Shown here: one piece after another, positions 1 to 11,370 of the stretch
How the letters are laid out: the number at the start of each line of letters is the position of its first letter
Numbering within the stretch: the stretch's first letter is position 1
DNA from: Mobula hypostoma
Lineage: Eukaryota
Direction: 5' to 3'
Assembly: GCF_963921235.1 (NCBI RefSeq)
Contig: NC_086104.1
Coordinates: 21,700,001-21,764,000, forward strand
Length of the DNA: 64,000 nt
Made by a program: the position numbers and the translations under genes
Notes under the pieces: generated by a model
What the model was told of the DNA's origin: nothing
The model's database searches: none
Seen by the model: the letters and a program-made list of their open reading frames with translations, nothing else

Positions 1-964
1 GGAGAGCCCAACTTTAAACGTATGGATGGAAATTACAATGGACATTTACAAAATGGAGAAGATAACAGCTTCTGTTATTATAAGTTGGAACAATTTTATT
101 CATACTGGAAAAAATGGTTTAACTACATAACACCTCATAGGCCTGATTTTATTCTCACAAGTCAATGAATATGTTGTAAAAAAAAATCACTCCCTACTCT
201 GTACTTAGTTTTCTTCTTTCAATTGTTCTCTCTTTCCTCTCCACAGCGCACGCGGCCGTTCCGAATGAATATCGATTATGCGTAACTAGGGGCCGTGCAC
301 AATCCGGATTTGATGGAGACAGCCGTGAGAAGCACAGAGGAACATCTGGAGTAACTTCTGAAATGCCTGCTTCGCTGCTGTTGCAACTGTGCAATCGAGA
401 ATCTCCGGAGACAATGGTCCCAAATCCGCAGCTTTGTGTATCGCCTGTTGCCAAGGCCGGGGTCGAAGCACTCGGCAGAGATGGTGCTCAGTGCTCGGAG
501 TTTTTCAGACAGACTCAGAGTCGGACTGTGGTCGGATGCTGCACCGGCAAGTTGGAGGTTTACCATCTGCGTGAGATGATGGGACTTCCGAGAGACTTTG
601 AGACTTTTACTGTGCCATGGTCTGTTCTTATCAAATTACAGTATTGCTTTGCACTGTTGTAACTATATGTTATAATTATGTGGTTTTTGTTAGTTTTTAA
701 GTTGGTTTGTCGTGTTTTCGTAATATCATTCTGGAAAAACATTTTATCATTTCTTAATGCATGCATTACTAAATGACAATAAAAGGGGACTGCGTGTCCT
801 CATAATCATAAGAAGAATAATCCTTTCTATAAATGTATACCTCAGATAAATATTATGTGGAGATTTGTGACAAATATGATATGATATATATGTACAGTAT
901 CTGAAATACATCTTATGGAAATGTTTGATGATGAAATTCAATAAAAAATAAATTACAAAAAAAA
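1..964 (+). mobile_element. 3' end of an L1/Tx1-type LINE (ORF2 C-terminus, 3' UTR, AATAAA and poly-A), interrupted by an insertion at ~240-812
   Basis: Reads ESPTLNVWMEITMDIYKMEKITASV...W..W..Y, resembling an L1 ORF2 C-terminus; AATAAA at ~940 followed by an A-tail to 964. Confidence 0.6.
240..812 (+). mobile_element. CpG-rich non-autonomous retroelement inserted in the L1 3' UTR
   Basis: Abrupt switch to CpG-rich sequence; ends with gacaataaaaggggactgcgtgtcct(cataat)n, a LINE-like tail; no credible ORF. Confidence 0.4.
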
Positions 965-1308
965 TTCAGGGCTATCTACATTAGGTGCATACACACACAC
1001 CAAAGCCATCTTTTGACCACATAACAAACCAGTAACAATTAAGTATCTTCCAATTGAATCAGTGACAGTATTAAGATGTACAAAAGGGATTTTAAAATTA
1101 ATAAAAATAGATACTCCTCTAATTTTAGTTACTGATGAAGAGTGAAACTGAGAGCCCCTCCAGAATTTTTTAAAAAACGGTTTTCATCCTCCCTACGGAT
1201 ATGGATCTCTTGCACAAAAATAATATCAGCCTGAAGTGTTTTTAATTTCTTAAAGATCTTTTTATGCTTAATAGGTTGATTCAAGCCACTCAGGTTCCAT
1301 GAGATTAT

Positions 1309-2910
1309 CACCGACTTTATCCGCTCAGGGGGTCTCCCATCCACTGCTACCAACCTTATAGTTCCCACACTCCACACTTCCCGATTCTACCTCCTACCCA
1401 AGATCCACAAAGCTGCCTGTCCTGGTAGACCTATTGTCTCAGCTTGCTCCTGCCCCACCGAACTCATTTCTGCATACCTCGACACGGTTTTATCCCCCAT
1501 GGTTCAATCCTTTCCTACCTATGTTTGTCACACTTCTCACGCTCTTAAACTTTTCGATGATTTTAAGTTCCCTGGCCCCCACCGCTTTATTTTCACCATG
1601 GATGTCCAGTCCCTATATACTTCCATGCCCCATCAGGAAGGTCTCAAAGCTCTCCACTTCTTTTTGGATTCCAGACCTAACCAGTTCCCCTCTACCACCA
1701 CTCTGCTCCGTCTAGCGGAATTAGTCCTTACTCTTAATAATTTCTCCTTTGGCTCCTCCCACTTCCTCCAAACTAAAGGTGTAGCTATGGGCAATAGTAT
1801 GGGTCCTAGCTATGCCTGCCTTTTTGTTGGCTTTGTGGAACAATCTATGTACCAAACCTATTCTGGTATCTGTCCCCCACTTTTCCTTCGCTACATCGAC
1901 GACTGCATTGTCCTCACCTGCACCCCACCAGCCTCCGGGTCCAACATATAATTCTCCGTAACTTCCGCCACCTCCAACGGGATCCCACCACTAAGCACAT
2001 CTTTCTCTCCCCCACTTTCTCTGCTTTCCGCAGGGATCGCTCCCTACGTGACTCCCTTGTCCATTCGTACCCCCCCATCCCTCCCCCAAAGATCTCCCTC
2101 CTGGCACTTATCCGTGTAAGTGGAACAAGTGCTACATATGCCCTTACACTTCCTCCCTCACCACCATTCAGGGCCCCACACGGTCCTTCCAGGTGAGGCG
2201 ACACTTCACCTGTGAGTCAGCTGGGATGATATACTGCATCCGGTGCTCCGGATGTGGCCTCCTATATATTGGCGAGACCCAACGCAGACTGGGAGATCAC
2301 TTCGCTGAACACCTACGCTCTGTCCGCCAGAGAAAGCAGGATCTCCCAGTGGCCACACATTTTAATTCCACGTCCCATTCCCATTCTGATATGTCTATCC
2401 ACGGCCTCCTCTACTGTAAAGATGAAGCCACACTCAGGTTGGAGGAACAACACCTTATATTCCGTCTGGGTAGCCTCCAACCTGATGGCATGAACATTGA
2501 CTTCTCTAACTTCTGCTAATGCCCCATCTCCCCCTTGTACCCTATCCGTTATTTATTTATATACACACATTCTTTTTCTCTCTCTCTTTTTTCTCCCTCT
2601 GTCCCTCTCACTATACCCCTTGCCCATCCTCTGGGTTTCCCTCCCCACTTTCTTTCTCCCTGGGCCTCCTGTCCCATGATCCTCTCATATCCCTTTTGCC
2701 AATTAACTGTCCAGCTCTTGGCTCCATTCCTCCCTCTCCTGTCTTCTCCTATCATTTTGGATCTCCCCCTCCCCCTCTCAAATCTCTTACTTGCTCTTCT
2801 TTCAGTTAGTCCTGACGAAGGGTCTCGGCCTGAAACATCGACTATACCTCTTCCTAGAGATGCTGCCTGGCCTGCTGCATTCACCAGCAACTTTTATGTG
2901 TGTTGCTTGT
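1309..2910 (+). mobile_element. Penelope-like element (Neptune-type RT + GIY-YIG, internally deleted) with 15-bp TSD
   Basis: RT motifs FTMDVQSLYT, GVAMG, FLRYIDD (1499-1951); GIY-YIG IYCIRC..GLLYIGET..RF.EH (2193-2519); pLTR; TSD gttccatgagattat at 1294-1308 and 2911-2925. Confidence 0.92.
2807..2844 (+). ncRNA. Minimal hammerhead ribozyme motif in PLE pLTR (AUC triplet variant)
   Basis: tagtc-CTGACGA-a-gggt ctcg gcct-GAAAC-ATC-gacta: conserved core plus stems I and II. Confidence 0.7.
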
Positions 2911-4977
2911 GTTCCATGAGATTATATTAATTTTATTAACATCCATAATAAGGCTTTAGTTTAAGATTTTATAAAATAAGTTAATGCGCCAGCACAGACC
3001 ACACCCACAAGTAAGAACAAATTACGGATTCGATCAGAGAGGGGCAAAAAAAACATGATTGATAGGAAAACCTCTCAGGACTGCCCAGTCGAAAAAACCT
3101 AAACTAATAGCCCCACCTCTCCCCCCAAAGCCCGAAAACCATCCAATAGGCAGACAGCATGTTAAACTATAATCCCTTAACCCGTCTCCAATAGGCAGAC
3201 TCTTTTTAAAAAGTTATATGCTAATACCACTGACTAAAGACACAACAACACATACATGAAATAAGCAAATTCCAAATATTTTGATATTATGTCTAACAGA
3301 GGTTAAAATGTAGTTAACAGCGGCCATCTTAAATTCATTTAATAAAAATTGATCATATATTCAAAAAAGATAGATCCAACCAAATAATATTTACGACTAA
3401 TGTTAAACTCTTACAAATCCTAAAGGAAAAAATAAAACAACCAAAACGATGTCTGGGCAGTCATAAAATGCAGATTGAACTTTCAACGATCCAGCTACCA
3501 GCCGAGGATTAAGTGTTTAAGTTGCTTGCAAGACAGGCTTAAACTCCTTTATAAATTTCCAAGCCTCTTCTAGGGAGTCAAATCGTTTTGGGCGGGCATT
3601 AGGCAGGTAAATTATCAAACGAGCTGAATAATGCACAGAGGGACGACAGTTCTTCTTATAAAGTTCAGCCATCACTTCCCAATATTTAATTCTTTCTGCA
3701 TAAACCTCTGGGGCAAAATCTTCAACTATGCGAATCTCTACTCCATTATAAATTATCTTCCACTGCTTCCTAGCATCTTGAAGAATTGCTTCTTTAGTAG
3801 TAAAGTAATGCAAACAGAGAATCACAGGGCGAGGTTTCAACTCAACGGAAGGCTTCAGGTAGAGGACTCGGTGAGCTTTATCTATCATCCGAGGAGCTTC
3901 AAGTATCTCACTAAAAAGTGAGTATAGTATATTCATGAAAAACTTTACTGGTTCACCGGTTTCCATGTTTTCAGGCAAAACCAGTATGCATAAATTCATC
4001 CTACGACTTCTGCTTTCCAGATCCGTCGTCTTCTTCTTCATTCTTAATAATTCCCAAGAAAGCTCAACAATTTTCTTTTCCATAGTACATATCTTTAATT
4101 CTTGTTCATTAATCATTGGATTCACTGTCTCCTGTTTTTTGTGTTATTTTGTGTTTTGTGTTTTTTGTTTTTTCTTATTTTGTTGTTTTGTGTTCATTGT
4201 CTTCTGTTCTCTTCCGATTCTATTAACGTCCTTTTTAAGCGTCTGATATTGAAATTCCAGATTCCTGGACAGCAAAAACGGTTTTTTCAAGCTTTTCATT
4301 AGCATTTGTCAGTTTATCAGTCTTGGTGTCCACCATTCCGATCTTGGTACTAATATCTTGCAATAAAGAAAACATTCTTTCTGAAGTAGAGACTTCCTCT
4401 GACTCCTTTGTGTGTTCAGCTTTGGAAACAATTTTGCCACCTCTTAATTCGATTCCAGTTCGGGTTCCAGCCATCGTAATTAAACCATAAATCCTTCACT
4501 AAATGTAATAAATCTTCAAAATTTAAACAAAACTAGCAGTGGAAAGTAAGTTGTAAAAGGAAGGAGTAGCGCCAACACGTGTCTTACTCCATAGGCTTCC
4601 GAAAGGAGACTCCCCTGCAAAGGGTTCACGAGCTTTTTCTTGCAACTGTACAAAAGCCTGAAAGCACACAGCACCAGGCTCAAGGATAGTTTCTATCCTG
4701 CTGTTACAAGACCACTGAATGGTCCCTTATTATAATAAAAATGGACTAGGCTTCACAACTGCCTCGTTTATGGCCTTGCACCTTACTTTCTGCCTATCCC
4801 GCACTTTCTCTGCAAGTGTAAAAACGTATTGTACATTGCGTTATTGTTTTGCGTTGTACTATCTAAATGCACTGTTGTAATGAAATGATCTGTATGGATG
4901 GCATCCAAATCAAAGTTTTTCACTGTACCTTGGTACATTGACAATAGGAAACCAGTTTATAAATGTATTGTACTTAC

Positions 4978-5015
4978 CAAAAGATAAGTACTCGTATCTG
5001 GTCTTCTTCTGTGCA
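4978..5015 (-). CDS. Unidentified gene, putative exon 3 (38 nt; (D)AQKKTRYEYLSF)
   Basis: Acceptor ccttccttgttattccag and donor gtaagt; phase 2 entry matches the previous exon. Confidence 0.6.
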
Positions 5016-5524
5016 CTGGAATAACAAGGAAGGCATGGAATGGCTTATTATTAGTGTTTGCTTAAGACACTTTAAACAACTGTACATTTAAACTTCAAAA
5101 GAGAAGAGTTGATTATTTTATAAAGGAAATTGTCTTTTCCCCTTAAAAGAATGTCATAAGGGGCATATTATTGAGAGATCTTGGATTATTTTATAATTTG
5201 AGAGCTCCATCTTTTTCAAAGCATATTCTAATGATGCATGTTCAAAATATCAGTCAAGTTCACTTGTTATTTTTGGAACATCTGACAATGGGAAAAAGAA
5301 TGAATGAGACTACAAAGACCTATTAAGCAATTTTTTGATATACAGGTATTAATGTAATGGTGTGCAACCCTTTTTGTTACTGCAGTCTCACAAGGTAAAT
5401 AACTTTGTACAAAAATGTTTATTTTGTTGTGGAATAACAATAATGATTAGTACAATAATCAATGACTAATACTTAAACCTTGGTAACTAAAATACAAAAT
5501 ACGAAAAAAAAGCCGTTTGTTTTC

Positions 5525-6080
5525 TGATGACATCACTATTGTTGGCCAATTCAAAAGTGGAAGTGAATCAGCACGTAGGAAGGAGATTGAAGATCTGGTT
5601 GAGTAATGCCATAACAGTAACATCTCACTCAATTTCAACAAAACCTAGGAGCTTATTACTGACGACAGGAGGAAGAAGCCAGAGATCCATGAGCCATTCC
5701 TCATTGGGAGAACAGAGGTGGAGAGGAGTAGCTATAAATTTCCTTGGCATTAACATATCAGAGAATCTGTCCTGGGACCAGCAGATAAGTGTCATCATGA
5801 AGAAGGCACAACAACACTTCTATTTTCTTAGAAGTTTGCATAGATTTGGCATGTCACCAGTAGACAGCATCCTTAATTGATTGCAACAGGGCCTGGTATG
5901 AAACGCCAAAGTCCAGGAACAGAAAAGGCCACAGAAAGGAATGGATACAGCCCAGTCCATCACAGACAAAGCTCTCCTCACCCTTGAGTATATTTTAATG
6001 GAGCACTGCCATAAGAAACTAGCATCCATCAAAGATTTCCACCATCCAGACCATACCTTCTTCACACTATATGGGCACCA
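5525..6080 (+). mobile_element. Rex1/Babar- or L2-like LINE 3' fragment (decayed RT C-terminus)
   Basis: FLGINISENLSWDQQISVIMKKAQQHFYFLRSL, a typical Rex1/L2 RT thumb region. Confidence 0.65.
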
Positions 6081-6949
6081 GCAAACATTTCTACCATGGG
6101 CGACATCTTCCAAATGGTTTACGAAACTTTTTTCTTTCACTTCTTTGATTCCTTTTTTTAAAAAAATGTATTTCTGGTACTGTTGAAGCCTGTAATCCAC
6201 AGTTTGATGGTGCTGGTTATGCGATCTGGCGCTTTACTGTCTTTCAGAAGGTTCTGGAAGGCATGTGGCCTCGAGGCCAAGAAGCTTAGACATGGGACAC
6301 GAGCCCACGATCAACTCCATTTCTGACTGATTAAAGCATTGAGGAAGATTGAAAACATCAAAGCAAGTGCAGAAGGTGAGCGAGTGTTCAGCGCTGTTAC
6401 TGGCCTCTCGCTCACTGCTCCCAAGGGAAAGCCCATGTTGGAGTGGTAACTCTCTCTCACAATGCTGTCGGTGGATGGTACTGAAGTTCCGGGTCTGCTG
6501 TTTGTGGATCCGTCTGTAATTTGATTGGTCTCTTCCAATTTTTTGCTTTTATATTCTGTGTTTTCGCTCATTCTTTCTTGTTGCCATTTGCACAATTTGT
6601 TTTTTGCGTGTGGGGGGTGTTGATGTTTTCGTTGCCATTTGCGCAATTTGTTTTTTTTTTGCGTGGGGGAGGGGTTGATGTTCTTGCTTGAATGGGCTCC
6701 ATGGTTTTCTTCGTTTCGTAGCTGTCTATGGGGAAGATAAATCTCAGGGTTGTATCCTGCATACATACTTAGATAATAAACGTACTTGGAACCATTAGGT
6801 CCCATGCCACCAGATTCAGGAAGTTAATACCCATCAGGCTCCTGAATCGAGATTGATAACTTCACTCACCACAACTCTTAACTGACTCTATGACATACAG
6901 ACTAACTTTGCAGCTCTCTTTACAACTCATGTTTTCAGTACTATTTAAA

Positions 6950-7101
6950 AACACAAACACGAGGAAATCTGCAGATGCTGGAAATTCAAGCAACACACAT
7001 CAAAGTTGCTAGTGAACGCCGCAGGCAAGACAGCATCTCTAGGAAGAGGTACAGCTGACGTTTCAGGCCGAGACCCCTCGTCAGAACCCCTTGTCAGGAC
7101 T
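6950..7101 (-). mobile_element. Solo PLE pLTR fragment with hammerhead core (7052-7086)
   Basis: Near-identical to the pLTR ends at 19040 and 21484; reverse complement reads CTGACGA-ggggtctcggcct-GAAACGTC. Confidence 0.75.
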
Positions 7102-7233
7102 CTCAATGTTTGTCCCTCCCTCTGGAGGACTTAAAATACTGGGACTAACTGGATACTTTCACAAAAACCTTGTACAAGTTTGATCAGCTGAATGATCGTC
7201 TCTTGTGCTGTACAATTCCATGAGATTACTCAC

Positions 7234-7267
7234 TCATCTTTGTCCAACACGGGGGGAAAATCTTGTT
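7234..7267 (-). CDS. Unidentified gene, putative exon 2 (34 nt; (E)QDFPPVLDKD)
   Basis: Acceptor tttcttgttacttcaccag and donor gtgagt; phase 1 in, phase 2 out, in frame with flanking exons. Confidence 0.6.
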
Positions 7268-8284
7268 CTGGTGAAGTAACAAGAAATACCAAAAAGATTT
7301 GGTGCAACTGGCAAGGCAGTAACATGTCACACAAGGCTTCTGTTCCTGAGAATTGCCTTTAAGCCGATGTCTCCACAGTCATGGAGACATCATGTCCATG
7401 TTCAAAGTAACTAATATTGTATTGTTCTTTATACACTTGTTATAATTTTCTCATTTTATTGAATAATTATCCTAACACTTTACTGTATGCATTGATTGAT
7501 GAATAACCTGAAATATTTTGTTATTCACTTGAAAAGTACTTTAAAAAATGATATGGCAGAATTTACACAAAGTCACATTTGCACTGTATAGCTTCTTCCT
7601 CAAACATCTTGGATAAATATACAAATATTCAAACTATTTAAACTTCTCCTACTAAAGAAACTTAAGTACTCTTGAGCAATGCCATTCTTAAAAACGCAAT
7701 TAAGTTAACCTTGTTCACAACTTTGTTATCCTTGCGCTTTTGCCTTCAAGTACAGTACATGCACAATTTATTTTGGAAAGCTAGAAATAAATCAACTTTA
7801 ACTACTTTGGACAGCTTTCAAATTACAACTACTCTGTAAAATTATTCCCTCATTTCATTTTGCCTCTGATTCTCAACATTTTGACCAAATAACAAATCTG
7901 TGCCCGGCTACCTTTTCCAGAACAAAATCATCCAATAAAGTAGACCCTAATTAAGTTAAAAATCTTAAAATAAAATAAGTTATGAATTACAAATGTATAA
8001 TGGACATTTAGATTCTCCAAATACAAGTGAACAACATCAACATTAGAGAGCACCTGTCATTTTTTGGCAAAAGACAGTATTACACTGTCATTGGACCTAA
8101 AGCAAAATAGCTTCCACCTGTGTTGTAGTAATTAAAGCCCCTTGATCTTAGCTTTGGTATTCCATGTTTTAAAAAACCCTTGCAGGAGCAAATATGCAAC
8201 AAAACTGCATCAAGAAAGTCATTCAGCCTAGTGTGACGGTAACCAGTGGATTTGATTTGAAAAACAGCAGGGATGATATTCCGT

Positions 8285-9345
8285 AAACACAAAAAAATTC
8301 TGCAGATGCTAGAAATCCAAAGCAGCACGCATAAAGTGCTGGAGAACTCAGCAGGTCAGGCAGCATCTACGGTAATGATTAAACATCCGATGTTTTGGGC
8401 TGAGACCTTCTTAAAGACTGGAAAGGGAGGGAGAAAATGTCAGAGAAAAATGGTGGGGAGAGGGGAAGGAGGATAGCTAGAAGTTGATGGGTGAAGCCAG
8501 GTGGATAGGAAAGGTAAAAGGGCTGGAGAGGAAGGAATCTGATAGGAGAGGAGTTTAGACCATAGCAGGAAGGAAAGGAGAAGACCCAAGAGGAGGTGAT
8601 AGGCAGAAGCTGCTCCTTCATCCTGAGGGCGGCCTCATTGTGGCCCAAGAGCAAGCAACGGACCATTATGTCGGAACAGGAATGGAAAAGGCCAAAGTGC
8701 TACACCTACCCATTCACCTCCTCCCTCACCTCCACTCAGGGCCCCAAACAGTCCTTCCAAGTAAGGCAACACTTCACCTCTGGATCCGCTGGGGTCACCT
8801 GTTGTGTCTGGTGCTCCCAACATGGCTTCCTTTACACTGGTGAGACCTGTCATAGTTTGGGGAAGCGTTTCATCCAGCACCTCACTGCATCTGCCAAAAG
8901 TGGAACTTCCCAGTGGACAAACAACTTAATTCCTATTCCCGTTCCACTTCCACGATGAGTCCACCCTCAGGGTGAAGGAGCGACACCTTATCTTCCCTCT
9001 GGGTAGCCTCTAATCTGATGGCATGAATATCAATTCCTCCCCTCATAAAAAAAAAATTAAATCCCCTTCTCTCTTCTTCTATTCCCCACACTGGCCTCTT
9101 ACCTCTTCTCAACTGCCTATCACCCCCCTCCCCTCAGTGCCCCTCCTCCTTCCCTTTCTCATCCACCTGGCTTCACCCATCACCTTCTAGCTATCCTCCT
9201 TCCCCTCCCCTCACCTTTTTATTCTGGCGTCTTCACCCTTCCTTTCCAGTCCTGAAGAAGGGTCTTGGCCTGAAATGTCAACTGTTTATTCATTTCCATA
9301 GATGCTGCCTGAACTTTGGGGCTCTTCCAGCATTTTGTGTGAGAT
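8285..9345 (+). mobile_element. Decayed PLE with an inverted 5' pLTR and GIY-YIG remnant
   Basis: KQSFQVRQHFT..CCVWCSQHGFLYTGET; inverted pLTR 8285-8610; hammerhead core CTGAAGA..GAAATGTC at 9252-9279. Confidence 0.8.
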
Positions 9346-10389
9346 GATATTCCAGTGAGGTTGTCAATACTAATTTCTTAATCATTTATGTACTTTACAC
9401 CTATTGCTTATATAGAAAACCTTGAAACTTAACCATCAATCACTCATGAAAAATTAAAAATAAATACCGTATTTACAGTATTTTACCTTTTCCTAAATGA
9501 AATAAATACAACATAGAATCATCAACGACCATCATTTACTGCTCTTCATTAAATGACCTTTTAAGATAAGGGACATGTTAGGTCATTTCAGAACATCTAT
9601 ACTTCTGTGGGTCTGACATTTCTCAAAGAACCAGATTTTCTCTCCTCATACCACTCCCCACCGCCACCACAGAAGAACATCATTGAATCGTATAGATTTC
9701 TATGACAATGAAGTAGTCTTTGGGTCAACACAGCACTGTGGGCCAAAAGGTCTGTACTGCCCAGTAGTGTTTAATGTTCTATGACTTGCTGTAGCAGGTG
9801 GAGCGATGAGGGACGTGTGGTGTTTTTCAAGCTAGAAAGGTTTGTTCGGGGTAAAGAATCAAGAGATCGGTGGTTTTGAGTGGAGAAATTTCCCGAGGTG
9901 GCAGGATGGACTAAGATTGATTGGTGTAGGCGGTTTATTGGAGATGGACAAGGATTAGTTGGGGCAAATCACTGAGGCTGCAAAAAGGTTACTGGTGATG
10001 GATTAGGATTATTAGGGATACATTGCTAGGTGGTAGTGGTTCAGGAGATTACTGGGAATGGGCAAATATTGACTGGGTTAGTTTTATGGGTCTGGGAGGA
10101 TACAGGGGTTGGTGAAGCAAGTTGTTGAGGCTGGGAGGGTTCCGGATGGCAGGGAGCTTTCACTGGGTCTGGTTCATGAACCAGGATTAGTTGCAGGGAA
10201 TTTATTGAGGATAGGTGACTGCTGGAATGGCAAAGTTGAGGAGTTACTCAGTAAGGGCAAAGATTATTAGGGGAAGTTGATGAGGCTACGAGGGTGGGAT
10301 ATACTGGGTCTAGAGCTGAACAGATGCTGGGAATGATGGTAACAGGGGTAGTCGTTTTGTGAGTGTTGGGCTGAGGGAATGGACAGGGT

Positions 10390-10920
10390 CGGGGCCTCCC
10401 TCGATTCCTCTCACCTTCTTCCTCCTTCACATTCACCACATCTACCGCCACCATGTCCGGCTTGTCCAGCCCGATGCCGAACGGCGTAACCTTCCTCTCG
10501 GTCACCCCCGAGGGCACCACGTCAGGTTTAGGCCCAAATTTGCGGGGATAATAATCCCCGCTCAGGTACCGCGACGTGTCTTCCGCCATCTTCGCCGCGG
10601 CTTCATCCCGCCCCCTTTCCAGGCCTCTTAAAGCGGCACCCGGACAACAGAGACGACTCTTTTCATCAACCCCTTGCAACCGTTCAGACACGGTGCATTG
10701 AGGAATATCTGGATCCTATGAGGATGTATTTTTTTTAATTCTGGGGCTTCATGGTGAGGAAACATCTTATTTTTGAAAGAGATTCAAAACGCGCGAACGC
10801 GTCCCGGTGGGTACGGTGGCCTGCGGGGTTCGTCGGCGCTGGGTGACCCAGGGACGTAGGTCCTGCTACCGAGCCCCTTAACATCATCGGCTGGCGACGC
10901 CAAGTCGCAGGTTCTTCACT
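10390..10920. promoter_or_regulatory. CpG island, probable bidirectional promoter (unidentified gene / CEBPZOS); YY1 motif CCGCCATCTT at 10583-10592
   Basis: Dense CpG against a CpG-poor background; nearest CpG island upstream of CEBPZOS; YY1 consensus overlaps the ATG. Confidence 0.65.
10415..10589 (-). CDS. Unidentified gene, coding exon 1 (MAEDTSRYLSGDYYPRKFGPKPDVVPSGVTERKVTPFGIGLDKPDMVAVDVVNVKEEE)
   Basis: Strong Kozak aagATGG inside a CpG island; donor G|gtgaga; 175 nt, phase 1. Confidence 0.75.
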
Positions 10921-11269
10921 TTTTAGCAGGTATTGGAGAGACGAATTGCAGATTAGTTGGGCATATGGGCAGAGAAATTGTTAGATACAGCATAATTCGG
11001 ACACGTGTGAGGTGTTGCTCTTTGAGAGGTCAAATGTAAGCTGCATTTGTCCCGTGAGGAGCACTGATGATGAGGGATCTTCGGCACAAATCCATAGCCC
11101 CCTGAAAGTGGCAACACAAGAAGAAAGGTGTCTTACGGCATTCTTGCCTTCCTGGACCTGTCTCACATACAGTGAAACACGGCGTTTGCGTCAACAATCA
11201 GTGGATGTTCTGGGAAAGTGTCGCCATGCTTCCGGCTCTCAGCATAGCATTCCCACAGTTTACCATCTC

Positions 11270-11370
11270 TAACTTGTTGGAATGTGCGAGGAAACCAGAG
11301 CACCGGGAGGAAACCCACACGGTCACGGGTAAAATGTATTGCCCCCGACCGTTACGCTATCGTGCGGCCC
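11270..11370 (-). mobile_element. V-SINE (HE1-like) fragment
   Basis: Reverse complement of the V-domain gtgtgggtttcctcccggtgctctggtttcctc. Confidence 0.6.

Larger units (their letters stand above)
1090..4610 (-). mobile_element. 5' part of an L1/Tx1-type LINE: disrupted ORF1 (4474-3517) and start of the ORF2 APE endonuclease (ATG 2946), split by a Penelope insertion
   Basis: ORF1 motifs DLESRSRRMNLCILVLPE, IDKAHR, KPRPVILCLH, RIVEDF (L1 ORF1/Transposase_22-like); ORF2 start MDVNKINIISWN|LSGLNQPIKHKK..DIIFVQEIH. Confidence 0.85.

Noticed and set aside
2549-2890. Recurrent MLVNAAGQAASLGRG.. / VSPDEGSRPETST.. peptides suggesting a gene family
   Set aside because: These are translations of the non-coding pLTR and hammerhead region
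5250-5281. Good acceptor (ttctttttcccattgtcag) as an extra exon of the unknown gene
   Set aside because: No convincing donor and an early stop (DVPKITSELD*); at most an alternative terminal exon, unsupported
10415-10589. Naming the left gene SULT6B1 or EIF2AK2 by human synteny
   Set aside because: No sulfotransferase or dsRBD similarity is visible in the three exons present
10590-10691. Longer N-terminus of the 147-aa ORF 10248-10691
   Set aside because: It starts at a non-ATG codon; the real start is the Kozak ATG at 10589, and the ORF's C-terminal part is intron read-through
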